Part shown: positions 1-11,062 of the stretch, piece after piece
Numbering within the stretch: position 1 is the stretch's first letter
Layout of the letters: each line of letters opens with the position of its first letter
Source of the DNA: Stramenopiles sp. TOSAG23-2
Lineage: Eukaryota
Reading direction: 5' to 3'
Assembly (NCBI GenBank): GCA_900128395.1
Contig: LT649238.1
Location: 1-64,000 of the forward strand
Length of the DNA: 64,000 nucleotides
The notes under the pieces: generated by a model
The model's database searches: none
Told to the model about the DNA's origin: nothing
Seen by the model: the letters and a program-made list of their open reading frames with translations, nothing else
Made by a program: the position numbers and the translations under genes

Positions 1-851
1 AATTAGTTTGTGTTTTTGCTATAGTTGTCCCACAGGTATTGTTATTGGTATATCCGTGATCCGTAAAGGGTTATAGAGCGTTATATGATACGTCTCGTTA
101 TACGAAAGTGTAACTGAAGAGAGTTTTTAATAATTGAGTATTGAGTATAATCTTTAAAGTGTGCGGTGATTAAATTTTAAAGCAAAAATCTCTTATTAAT
201 TTTCTTTTTTACGAGTATAAAGAACACACACACACACACATACATCACATACATATTAATATTTGTGAAAAAAATATTATTAAATATGCAGCAAGAAAAT
301 TAAAATATAAGTGCATAACTTAAAAAATTATCAAAAATTCTAAATTTAAAGATTGTGTACCAGGTACCAGTGTAGGAAAAATACAATCTTCAATATTTTT
401 CTATTAGCAGGCCCGGGCAGGCCCAGCAGGCAGGCAATAGCATTGGATATATGGATATATAACAAAATTAAAATAAAAAAGCTGAAACAACAACTTACTA
501 TACCAGACGACTATATTAATACAGCACTATCAATAAAAAAAAAATATCATCCAAAATTATTATTAGCACATTTACAATTAACATTCATTATACAGCACTC
601 TCCAGCACCACTATTATTATACTATATACCGACGAATATGATGATAATGATACCGATGTACATGTACATGTTACTACAAAACGAAGAAGCGTGTTACCTA
701 GAACAACAGGACTGGTGCAGTATATACATTATAGAATCATATAATCAAACTACAGTATATATAATCATATAATCATACTACAAACAATATATATATATAT
801 ATAGATAGACACACAGAGAGAGAGATAAACACACACACACACACATAAATT

Positions 852-2150
852 ATGAAAACGAATTTGATACAACAAAATGTACAAAAGTCGGATAAGGCAA
901 TGGAATATAGTGCAGCACCAGATGGATTACCAGATGAATTACAAGAAGCAGAATATTATAGCCCTTCCTTAAAAGAAGTTTGTACTGGCTGTTGTTGCAA
1001 TGGGCGTTGTTGTGCCCTGACCTGGTCAGTGTTTGCTGTTTGCCTCATATGTGCCATACTTGCGGCGATATTTACACAAGGATTATTAGGATGGATTGTT
1101 GGTTCCGGCTTTCCTTTTATTATCTTAGCTGTATATGCCTCACAAATCTTTGGTGGGGATAGTGTTGATAAAGGTCAAACATGCCTTGTAATATTTTTAC
1201 ATACCTTGCTATTTGCATTCTTACTTATTATTGTATTGCCTTTTGCTAGGCAGCCAATGATGAGAGCATTTGCAAATATCGATCGTGAGAATGATTATTG
1301 CATGTACAAATCAGTACAACTTGGAATATTTGGCAAAGATCAGTATCCAAAACATATCAATATCACTGCAATCACTCCAAAAACTTTGTTGGTTGATTTA
1401 TTTCCGCGTTCTGAGTTAGAAGCACCATGTTGGGGACTTGGTCTTTCACTTGGTTTTGGAGGTGCTTTACCAGAAGAAACTATAAAGATTTTAACAATTG
1501 GTGCATTTATAAGTCGTGGATGGGTAGCAGATCCATTTGCTGTGCTCGTATATTCCTTCGTAATTGGTACAACGTTTGGATTCTTGGAAAACAGCTCATA
1601 CACTGTAGCTGCACTTGCGAGTGGAAATATAGTTACTAAAATATTTGGTATTCTGGTAAGAACCCTGCAGGCACAAACTATACTTCATGGATCTTGTGCA
1701 TCGATGAGTGGATTATTCATGGCACAAAGAAAGTTTTTGTTCTGGAAATCGCATGGTGAAGCTAGTTGCTGCGAACTTGGTGGACCAAGACCAACATGGC
1801 TGGTTGTTGTTCCTGCAATTTATTTTCATTTTATGAATAATTTTATAGCAGCTGGACAACCAGCACTAAAAAGTGCTTTAACAGGGTTTATTATTATTTT
1901 GATAACGTACGGCAATTTAGTGGTGATGGTTCAATTTGTTTATTATCTATGGTTAACACTAAAAAATGTACCAAGAATTAATATAATAAATTTGGAAAAA
2001 ATTGGAGCTGTTCCAAAAGCTTTGGCATATATATGTTGTTGTGGCTGTTGTAATGAGAATGTAAGGGATCGTAGATATGAATCTGTCCTTAACATGGTAG
2101 ATATGGGTGGAGAAGATGAATATTTACCACCAACAATTGTTGAGGCTTAA
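852..2150 (+). CDS. PrsW-family (M82) intramembrane metalloprotease
   Basis: Multi-TM 432 aa with EExxK (PEETIK), FxxxEN (FGFLEN), a conserved His (LHG) and HxxxN (HFMNN) in PrsW order. Cys clusters near both ends. Confidence 0.8.
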   Translation: MKTNLIQQNVQKSDKAMEYSAAPDGLPDELQEAEYYSPSLKEVCTGCCCNGRCCALTWSVFAVCLICAILAAIFTQGLLGWIVGSGFPFIILAVYASQIFGGDSVDKGQTCLVIFLHTLLFAFLLIIVLPFARQPMMRAFANIDRENDYCMYKSVQLGIFGKDQYPKHINITAITPKTLLVDLFPRSELEAPCWGLGLSLGFGGALPEETIKILTIGAFISRGWVADPFAVLVYSFVIGTTFGFLENSSYTVAALASGNIVTKIFGILVRTLQAQTILHGSCASMSGLFMAQRKFLFWKSHGEASCCELGGPRPTWLVVVPAIYFHFMNNFIAAGQPALKSALTGFIIILITYGNLVVMVQFVYYLWLTLKNVPRINIINLEKIGAVPKALAYICCCGCCNENVRDRRYESVLNMVDMGGEDEYLPPTIVEA

Positions 2151-2577
2151 AAATTTCTAAAAATGTGTACATGTACGTATTATATGATACGACATATATG
2201 CGCAAAACACACACTTGGAGAAAATATCATTTGAGACCCACACATGTAGAGAGAGAGAGAGTCTGCGCGTTGTAATGTACATCATATTTATGATAATCTC
2301 AATAAAATATTATGATATGATATTTAAAAGTTTACGCATAATTATTTTATATATTTTTTTATAAAACACACGTATCATATCATAAAATTATAAAACATTT
2401 AAAATGGTGTGTGTATTTTAAATATTTTAACATTAATATGACATATCATACCATGATGTACGCTTCGTACGGGGGTTCAGTACTTTATTATTATATATCA
2501 TATCATCCCATACCATCAGTCAAGTTCACATACGAATATTATTATTCTTTTTAAAATAGGATTACGTCCCCCGATTA

Positions 2578-3636
2578 TTATGACGAACCCGAATTACCAC
2601 CACCACCACTTGCATCGCTTTTACTACTCCCACTACTTTTTCCTTTATGTTTTACATTATTATGTTTCCATATACTTAAACTTCCATCATAAGACGATGT
2701 TATATATGTATTTAAAGTTGGATGGCGATGTATACTTGATATAACATTTTGATGGCATTTCGTTGAATTGATTAATTTTGAACTTACAAGATCCCAAACA
2801 TATACACTACCATCTTCTGAAGTACCTACAACATTTTTATCATTTTTTGAAAAACAACTTTCTGATTTATATTTTGAATTTGTATGACCAGTGTATGTTG
2901 CTAACACATCCCCAGTTTCACGTTGTGTTACATTGATGGTATTATTTAAAGTAGACACTATTAGACATTCTTTATCTTGTGACAATCCAACATGACTTAT
3001 TATACTTTGAAAATGATCCTCAATTCTTTGACAATTTCTTATATCATATGTACGTAAAATTCCATCCACAGATGCAACATAAATTTGTGATTCATGTTTA
3101 CCATTGACACTCAATACGGCATCGGTTGCATCTTCTAATATTTGCCCTGGTCCCCTAATATTATTCATACGTACATCCCATAGACTGACAGTACGATCAT
3201 ATGAACCAGCAATTATTACATTATCATGTGGATTGAAATTAATTGAAGATATGGCAGCTTTATGAAACTTTAATCTACGTTTTAAATGACCTTTTCCCAC
3301 ATCAAAAATGAAAATATCTCTATCACCGCCAGCAGAAATTATTGTTGAATTGTCTTTTGTAATATCAACTGTTTGTACTGGGTATCCATGACCTTTAAAA
3401 GTATGTACATGTGCTGTTTCTTGATGAGGATGGTTATTATCGTTATTGTTACTAGCATATTTTTTCAATACATTTGCCCCAACGCTAATATATTTCCATA
3501 TATGTACATTTTTATCATCCCCTCCAGAAATAAAATGAGAACCATTTGAATTAAACCTCGCGCATAATACACTTTTCTTTTCATGCGCTTTTGAATTACT
3601 CCAATGTAGTCTTTGTACAATTTTTTTCTCAGTCAT
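2578..3636 (-). CDS. WDR83: WD40 repeat protein, WDR83/MORG1-like
   Basis: Seven WD40-like repeats (GH...WD/WK). SAGGDR, GSYDRTVSLWD and YTGHTN..YK.E segments resemble WDR83. Confidence 0.75.
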   Translation of the reverse strand: MTEKKIVQRLHWSNSKAHEKKSVLCARFNSNGSHFISGGDDKNVHIWKYISVGANVLKKYASNNNDNNHPHQETAHVHTFKGHGYPVQTVDITKDNSTIISAGGDRDIFIFDVGKGHLKRRLKFHKAAISSINFNPHDNVIIAGSYDRTVSLWDVRMNNIRGPGQILEDATDAVLSVNGKHESQIYVASVDGILRTYDIRNCQRIEDHFQSIISHVGLSQDKECLIVSTLNNTINVTQRETGDVLATYTGHTNSKYKSESCFSKNDKNVVGTSEDGSVYVWDLVSSKLINSTKCHQNVISSIHRHPTLNTYITSSYDGSLSIWKHNNVKHKGKSSGSSKSDASGGGGNSGSS

Positions 3637-4122
3637 TTAATTATCTATAGTTCTTATTATGACACTATCTTTTCTTTTATAACGCATATGTTGGGGTAAT
3701 TTGAATTCAATTAAATTAACTATTATTATTATTAGTATTATATATATATATAAGTTAGGCCAAGATAGTTATACGCGCACATTGTATATATTATTATTAT
3801 AAGTTTATTAATAAATAATAATGATGTGTGTTTTGGTTAATTAAAGAAGAAGAAGTTGTTGTTGTTGTTCGTTATTATTCGGTATAATCAAAGAATGAAT
3901 AATAGATTGATGGACGGAGGAAACAGAACACAAACTACCACAACGAAATACTATATATATATATATATATATTAATGTATATATATCACATGTATAGAGA
4001 TTCGTAATCATAGAGTAGGGAAGATTTCAAGTTTGCGTTGTTGACGTTTCTATCATTTATATATATATATATACCACAACCAATTTATTTTATTTTTATT
4101 TTTTAATTGCTTCTGTATAATA

Positions 4123-6174
4123 ATGCCTACATTCTTTCAACAAAATGAGAAAATATTACCAAATTCATTTCGTAGATTAATACCAATACCGGTGAATAAA
4201 TTGCAAAATACGGGACGGAAACTGAGTTCAACGGAGCACGGTAGTTTTTGGTTAAAAATTGTACGAGCGCAAAGTAATTCCATTGTATTGTCAAAATGTT
4301 ATTGGAAATATAAAGAAATGACTGCACCAAGTGATATGGCTGATAAAATTGGAAGAGATGTTGGAAGAACATATCCTGAAAGTAAATTATTTCAATATGA
4401 TATGTCTTTATGCCAAAAAGAATTAACAAATGTGTTACATGCGTGGGTAAATTTTGAAATCGAACATGAAAAAGACGAGAAAGAACGCTGCGGATATGTA
4501 CAAGGCATGAATTTACTTGTTGGTCATTTATTACAACATCTTGGTGAAAGTTTATCTTTTGAAATTTTTTTACATATCATGTTAAATAAACAATATAATT
4601 TTAAAGAATTACTTGAACCAGGGATGAAAGGAACAATAGAAAAAGTAAATCATTTATCCGAATTATGTCAAAGACAATGTGGATTTTTATATTCCTGTTT
4701 GACAAAGAATAATATATTACCAATGACATTTTCCACTCAATGGTTATTAACATTGTATACATATGTATTAGATGGGGAATTATTATGGTTAGTATGGGAT
4801 AATTTCTTTTTATATGGATGGGAATTTTTTTTCAATATTACAATTGAATTTATGAAAGGTTTAGAAGAGCGTTTAAAAATAGCGATTGATCGGAAAATAC
4901 TTGAAACATATTTAAAGGGAAGAAACCATGGAGATATGATGTCCATATTATACAATAGTATACGTAATATCGCAACACGCAATTCAAAAACTCTTTTGTC
5001 CAATGATGATCCAATTGGTGGTTCAAAAGTTCTTCCATCACGTAGCCCTGAGAATTGGATTCAAAGGGCATTGTCAAGTTTGGATATAATTGATAGAACA
5101 ACAACAAATAATTATCAGATTCAATCACGTCATGATGATGATAAGAAGGATATGATGAGTAATAATGATGATGATGATGATCCTGATGACAATACTAACA
5201 ACAATGCAAATAGTCTAAAATTAATAACAGATGAAAAACAATTCAAATATTTTAAAATGTCAGAAAGTGACAAAGAGAGACTTATGAATACTGCATGGGC
5301 GAAAGAAAATGATATTTTAAGAAACAATGCAATTCAATATTTAAAATATAGTGTAAAAGAAGATATTGATATTTTATTCTTCCATCATAATAAAAGAAGA
5401 AAAATTGAAATGGTGGCAAACAATAATAATGGCAATGATGCAGATGCTGCTACTGCTGCTGCTGCCAATGTAAACAATAACAATATACCATATGATATTT
5501 TAACTGATATACGTTTGTTTCGTTATTTACGTGGTTGTAAATTTGATATGCGACAAACTATTATTAAATTAAAAAATACATTAAAATGGAGAAGAGAAGA
5601 AGATATTGAAGATATATCATTATTTTTATGCAATCTTGATAAAGATGAAACAAGTTTTCCATATAATAATATTTGTAGCAAAATATGGCCATCAACTATT
5701 TTGCATGGTAAATATGATCGAACTGGTCAACCAATACTTATTGAACGCTTTGGTAAATGCGATTTATCATATTTTAATAAAAATATTAGTTCAGATGATA
5801 TTTTAGAATGGGTAATACATCGTTTAGAATACCGGCAATTAATATTGTCCAATATATCAAGAGAACGGGGCAAAATGGTACGTTTCTTTGGCATTCTTGA
5901 TTTAAATGGGTTGGGATTTCAACATTGTTCTACATCATTATTTGATGTTGGTAAAAAGATATTAAAAGTTTCTACTAGTTATTTTCCAGAAGCAATGTCA
6001 AACATATGTGTCATTAATACACCGTATGTGTTTTCAACAATATACAATGCTATACATCCATTGTTGCCTGAACGAACACAAAAAAAAGTGCGAATATTGG
6101 GATATGATTATCATGAAAAATTAAAAAAATTTGTTGCAGAAGAAAATTTACCAATGGAATATCGAAAGAAATAA
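4123..6174 (+). CDS. Rab-GAP TBC domain fused to CRAL-TRIO/Sec14 lipid-binding domain
   Basis: TBC motifs IGRDVGRT (Arg finger) and YVQGMN (Gln finger). C-terminal LFRYLRG..FD, GKYDRTGQPI, YFPE...I.VINTP..F, LPERTQKKV and ENLPMEY are typical of Sec14. Confidence 0.85.
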   Translation: MPTFFQQNEKILPNSFRRLIPIPVNKLQNTGRKLSSTEHGSFWLKIVRAQSNSIVLSKCYWKYKEMTAPSDMADKIGRDVGRTYPESKLFQYDMSLCQKELTNVLHAWVNFEIEHEKDEKERCGYVQGMNLLVGHLLQHLGESLSFEIFLHIMLNKQYNFKELLEPGMKGTIEKVNHLSELCQRQCGFLYSCLTKNNILPMTFSTQWLLTLYTYVLDGELLWLVWDNFFLYGWEFFFNITIEFMKGLEERLKIAIDRKILETYLKGRNHGDMMSILYNSIRNIATRNSKTLLSNDDPIGGSKVLPSRSPENWIQRALSSLDIIDRTTTNNYQIQSRHDDDKKDMMSNNDDDDDPDDNTNNNANSLKLITDEKQFKYFKMSESDKERLMNTAWAKENDILRNNAIQYLKYSVKEDIDILFFHHNKRRKIEMVANNNNGNDADAATAAAANVNNNNIPYDILTDIRLFRYLRGCKFDMRQTIIKLKNTLKWRREEDIEDISLFLCNLDKDETSFPYNNICSKIWPSTILHGKYDRTGQPILIERFGKCDLSYFNKNISSDDILEWVIHRLEYRQLILSNISRERGKMVRFFGILDLNGLGFQHCSTSLFDVGKKILKVSTSYFPEAMSNICVINTPYVFSTIYNAIHPLLPERTQKKVRILGYDYHEKLKKFVAEENLPMEYRKK

Positions 6175-6491
6175 ATCTGGAGGAAAATATGAAAAGAAGA
6201 TATTTGTGTGTAAAAAAATGAAAAATATATTTTACATCATGATATACTCGTATAATATATATATATATATATATATACATGTGTGTGTGTGTAATAGAGA
6301 TAGAGAGTACGTTCAGAATATTTATGGTGTGGGTTAAAATCTAAAAAAAGGTTTTTATACGAAATTTATTTTATCATATATATTTTTACTTCCCGGGGTG
6401 TCATACATATGTATCGTGCTATCATATCAATTATATAAAATAGAGGGAGGTAATATGTCATCAAATACTCGTACTCGAAAAATACATTTTT

Positions 6492-7172
6492 TTAAAATTT
6501 GATTTCTTTTTCTTGTTGTTGTTGCCTCTTCTCATCCTCTGTAGTATTAATAAAATCATATCCATGAACGCGTGACACAAATGCATCAAAAACCTTTTGC
6601 AAAACAGTATCACTTAACATATCAAAAGCAATTGCATATGGTAACCCTTTAATATCTACATCCAACTTTACTTCCACCTCCGTTTTGTTATCTGGTAATT
6701 GTGAAAATTTCCAATCATAAACCAATGAATTCCAAAAGCCAGTTTCAGCAGCAGTAGATACGACTGATTCATTTTCAATAGTTACTATTTTATGTCGAAT
6801 AGTTTCACTAATTTGTGAATGTGCAAAAGATAAATCAGCTTCAAAAGTAAGATTATTATTATTATTATTGTTATTATTATTATTATTATCGTCATTAATT
6901 ATCATTGAATTTTCAACAAGTTCACTCTTGGTGCAATATGGTAAAAATTGATCGTATTGATCAACATCTGCAACCGTTTTAAATACTACTTCTTTTGGAT
7001 GATTTAATATCTTTCTCCTTGATATTTTTTTTGATATGTACCTCATCATTATTTTGTATTTATTATTATTATTATTATAGCAATTATTATGAATATTATT
7101 ATTATAGAAATTATTCATAATATTTGCAATCATCCTCGTTTCTTTTTTTTTTGCATATTTTGCAATCATCAT
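6492..7172 (-). CDS. COQ10: Coenzyme Q-binding START-domain protein COQ10
   Basis: VADVDQYDQFLPYCTKS and C-terminal AFVSR motifs. Start uncertain (ATGs at 7172, 7118, 7049). Confidence 0.8.
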   Translation of the reverse strand: MMIAKYAKKKETRMIANIMNNFYNNNIHNNCYNNNNNKYKIMMRYISKKISRRKILNHPKEVVFKTVADVDQYDQFLPYCTKSELVENSMIINDDNNNNNNNNNNNNLTFEADLSFAHSQISETIRHKIVTIENESVVSTAAETGFWNSLVYDWKFSQLPDNKTEVEVKLDVDIKGLPYAIAFDMLSDTVLQKVFDAFVSRVHGYDFINTTEDEKRQQQQEKEIKF

Positions 7173-7933
7173 CCTCGTTTCTTCTTTTTTTTTCGCATAT
7201 AGGTCGTAATAATATAATACTAATAATATAAACACATACACGTTATACTATAAAAAATTTTACAAATATAGGTATATATATATATATGTATCAAAAAGTA
7301 GATGATAATAAAAAAAAAAAACTTTCTCTCTTTTCTTCTGGATTTCTAAATTTTATATATATTTATGCACCACCCATAAATAATAATAATAAATTTATTC
7401 AAAAAAAGATCGATAGACGAGACGAGAAGAAGAAGAGAAGAAAAGAAGGTATTATTAATAATATACCACCAGCATAGCAGTGTTATAATAAAATAAGGGT
7501 TTTAGTTTGTATAGTACTATAACTAAGTACTATATACAGTAGTGTAAAGTGTAAAGTGTAAAGTGTGCACTTAAAGTGTGGTGTGAAATATATTAAGGTA
7601 TATTTGTACTTAGCGTGGCCGTATATTCGTATTCTTAGCTATGATGTATTAGAATTACCAAAGTACAAAGTTGATAGGAGAAAACATAAATTCACACTAA
7701 TTTCAAAATTCACAACAATTTTTGGATGGGAAAAAATATTGATTGTATATATACATTTACATTATTGTAATTGGAATTTTACATCGTGTTGTTTTCACCA
7801 TCTCTGTGTCGTCCATCATCACATTCAATTTATATATATTTCCTTTAACCCGTCTCCTCCCTCTTTCTATATAGATACTTAAAATATATTAGGATAGAAT
7901 ATATATCGTTGGTGTGTTGTGAAGACATACAGG

Positions 7934-9547
7934 ATGCATGGGAGGAAAGCATCAAATCCAGTACTTCGATTAAGAATAGAGGAAACGTCTGTTATTAAAA
8001 ATTTAAAAACTGATAATGTTAAAAATACACGACCATCGTCCAGGGGGATGATGGGTTTTCATAGTCCTAATAATAGATTTAGTCATGGTAATAATGGCGA
8101 TGATAAGATCATGCATAATGACAATTTCGGTCAAAAGGTGAAAGAATCACCTGCTGGATTACGCCTTCGTCTTGGAGCTAATATTGAAAAACTTCGTTCA
8201 CCATCTAGACTAAGAGTAGATTCAACACCTCGTTTTAAAAATAAAAACCTCACCTCACCATTTAGTTCACCATCTGGTAGAAGCACACCACCATCACCTT
8301 TAGCTTTGTCTGGTAGAAAAAGTTTATTTAATACTTCTACAAATTCCCCTGGAGGTGTGACATCAGATAATGGAGGTTCATCACCGGATTCAAATTATTC
8401 TGGACGCTCACCTAGTCCTTTGGGTAGTTTAACTTTGCAAAATAGTAATAATGATAATAATAATAACAACAACAACAACACAACTGCCAATACTACTCCA
8501 CGAAGTCGCACTGCTAGCATTGGCAATATATCATTGGAAACTGCTGAAAATGATTTATTAAATGGTAATAATAGTATTATTACATCGACGCCACGAAATA
8601 GTATATTGTCTACTGAAAATAGTCCTGGTGATTTTAATAATAACAACAATACTTCATTGTCTCCATCTCTTTCAATTCGTACAAATCGTTCATCAAGTAG
8701 TTCAACAAACTTCAACAATTTTAGTAATAATAATAATGATTCACCATCATCATCCTCATCATCATTATTAAGAAATATGACTTTAGATAATAATAATAAT
8801 AATAATACAAATAGTAATCGTAAGAAAATAAAAACTCATGATAACAACAATGATTCGAAACGCCGCAGTAGTCGTAGTAATTTACATAATAACAACAATA
8901 ATAATAATGATGTATCTCCAAAATGGTCACCAAAAAAGAAAGATGCTAATTGGCAAATGAAACATACGAATCAAAAATTGTTTTCAATACCTCTTACAAA
9001 ACAAAAAAAATCAGTCGTAGTTTTAACTAATAATAATAATAATGGAAGAAATAGAAAAAGCAAAATTGTAGTTGTAGATAAAAGAACTCCAAGAGAATCG
9101 ATTAATAACATTGTTAAATCAAAGCGTCGGTCTAGATATAATAAAAATTTAAAACATTTAAGAAAAGATTTAGATGTAAAGGCATATTTCAATGATAATG
9201 GAAATATCAATATGTTATCTCAATATGTAAAAAATGAAAGTTATTTAATAAATGATATAGTCGATGAATTTATTAATGATATTGATATGTTTCAACAAAA
9301 TATTGATAAAAGTCAAAAATATCTGTCAAAGATGGCAAAAAAAGTAGATCAAAGCAAATTAAGTTTAATTGGTCAACGTATGCAACAAATTAATAAAGAA
9401 GAAACTTATAAACGCCGAAGACAAGATTTAACAAATGATATTGAATTGCTATCTTTGCGTTCGGAACGATTGGAGATGGAATATACAAGTTTATTGAGAG
9501 CATTGGAACAACAACAGGCATTGTTGACAAAGTTATCATCAGAGTAA
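7934..9547 (+). CDS. Long disordered S/N-rich protein with C-terminal IFT20-like coiled coil
   Basis: The last ~110 aa (FINDIDMFQ...AKKVDQSKLSLIGQR...ERLEMEYTSLLRALEQQ) resemble IFT20. First ATG is at 7934. Confidence 0.65.
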   Translation: MHGRKASNPVLRLRIEETSVIKNLKTDNVKNTRPSSRGMMGFHSPNNRFSHGNNGDDKIMHNDNFGQKVKESPAGLRLRLGANIEKLRSPSRLRVDSTPRFKNKNLTSPFSSPSGRSTPPSPLALSGRKSLFNTSTNSPGGVTSDNGGSSPDSNYSGRSPSPLGSLTLQNSNNDNNNNNNNNTTANTTPRSRTASIGNISLETAENDLLNGNNSIITSTPRNSILSTENSPGDFNNNNNTSLSPSLSIRTNRSSSSSTNFNNFSNNNNDSPSSSSSSLLRNMTLDNNNNNNTNSNRKKIKTHDNNNDSKRRSSRSNLHNNNNNNNDVSPKWSPKKKDANWQMKHTNQKLFSIPLTKQKKSVVVLTNNNNNGRNRKSKIVVVDKRTPRESINNIVKSKRRSRYNKNLKHLRKDLDVKAYFNDNGNINMLSQYVKNESYLINDIVDEFINDIDMFQQNIDKSQKYLSKMAKKVDQSKLSLIGQRMQQINKEETYKRRRQDLTNDIELLSLRSERLEMEYTSLLRALEQQQALLTKLSSE

Positions 9548-9966
9548 ACATTTACACGCAGCACAGGAGTGATTCTTGGGTGTGCGTATTTTCGAAACGA
9601 ACGTAATTTCTTGTTTATTTTGAAGAAGGGGCGTATATGAAAATTAATACATCTTCTTGAGAGCATTATGATATATTTATTATGATAATGATATGATATA
9701 TGATAGAACTTCTCTGGACACCAGAGGCATTTTGGCCCAAATCGACGTTAACAACAAGCATTGTTGACAAAGTTATCATATCATTGGAGTACCCATAGAT
9801 AGTACCGAACGTAATTTCTTGTTTATTTTGAAGAAGGGGCATATATATTTTACGTAATATATTTGAAAGAAGGGGCGTATATGGAAATTAATACATCTTC
9901 TTGAGAGCATTATGATATATAATATAATGATATCTTCATCTCTCCCCCCTGCTGCTAGTACATGCA

Positions 9967-10389
9967 TTATCTTGACATGTGACCAATATCTGTCTCTGTA
10001 TAATGTGTCAAAACTTTTGATATAGCTTTCCCACCCGAAATTTTTGGATCATTGGACTCACGGTTTAGTTGTAATGTTTCTTGATGTATTCCATCTAAAT
10101 CAGCTTTCGATTTATAACGCTCAAATATAGACAATTTAGTATCATCCCCGTTATTTAATATTACTTTGTATGAAAAACAATTTGGTTCACGTGCATATAC
10201 TTTCTTTGTTAATGGTTTAAAATTTTTACAGAAAATAGACCTTTCTTTTTCATTTTCAAAACTCAAATCAACTTTCAAAACATGTATTCCTTCTACATTA
10301 TTTTTAGAAATTTTTTGTCGATTATAATAATATCCAATTCCAAACCCTAAAATACCACCCAATAAGAAATATATATTTTTATGTTCCAT
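9967..10389 (-). CDS. ABM (antibiotic biosynthesis monooxygenase)-like dimeric alpha/beta barrel protein with N-terminal TM anchor
   Basis: Hydrophobic FLLGGILGFGIGYYY. EPNCFSY...SIFERY....DL..IH pattern of ABM domains. Confidence 0.65.
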   Translation of the reverse strand: MEHKNIYFLLGGILGFGIGYYYNRQKISKNNVEGIHVLKVDLSFENEKERSIFCKNFKPLTKKVYAREPNCFSYKVILNNGDDTKLSIFERYKSKADLDGIHQETLQLNRESNDPKISGGKAISKVLTHYTETDIGHMSR

Positions 10390-11062
10390 TTGCTCCTTCT
10401 TGTTAGTTTCAACGATTTGTTCTTTATATATACACAAGATATGTGATCTAGCCCAGCTAGCATGATAGGTACATATAGATAAATAACATGGACTTAGACT
10501 ATTTTATGGATTAATTTTGTAAAATTATATATTATTGTTGCACGTAACATTCAACATATATTTGATAGATATATTCATCATCATCATCTTTTTCAGCATT
10601 TTTTCTATTTTAGAGTAAGGTATTTTACATTAAAAGAAGTAAAATTACAATATATTTATATATAAAAATAATGAAAGACACATCATTAATACCTTAAATG
10701 TATCAAGTTGTTGTACATGCTAATTGCTACCTTTTGCAACTTTTGACTGTACAGGTATCTAAAAAGGTGAGGAGAGCAATAATAAAAAAAGAAACAGCAG
10801 CTGTGTCGAAAAAGGGGGGGGGATTTTAGATTTTTTAGAAAAAATTTTCCCAGTCCAGGCAGTGTTAGTGTTAGGCAGATACATGTATCTTTTATTAATA
10901 AAAAACATAGTTAGTAAAGATTGTGATATAAATACGATATAGAGAGAGATTTTACAATAGTAACAAATTTAACAATAATTTGAAACGAAATAATAGAATA
11001 AGTTTTGAATCTTTGTTTGTATTGTATTTATTTTAATTCTTCTTTTGCAAGTTTAACTAACA

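Noticed and set aside
353-772. 139-aa ORF upstream of the PrsW gene
   Set aside because: Non-ATG start and composition of AT-rich promoter DNA. No domain.
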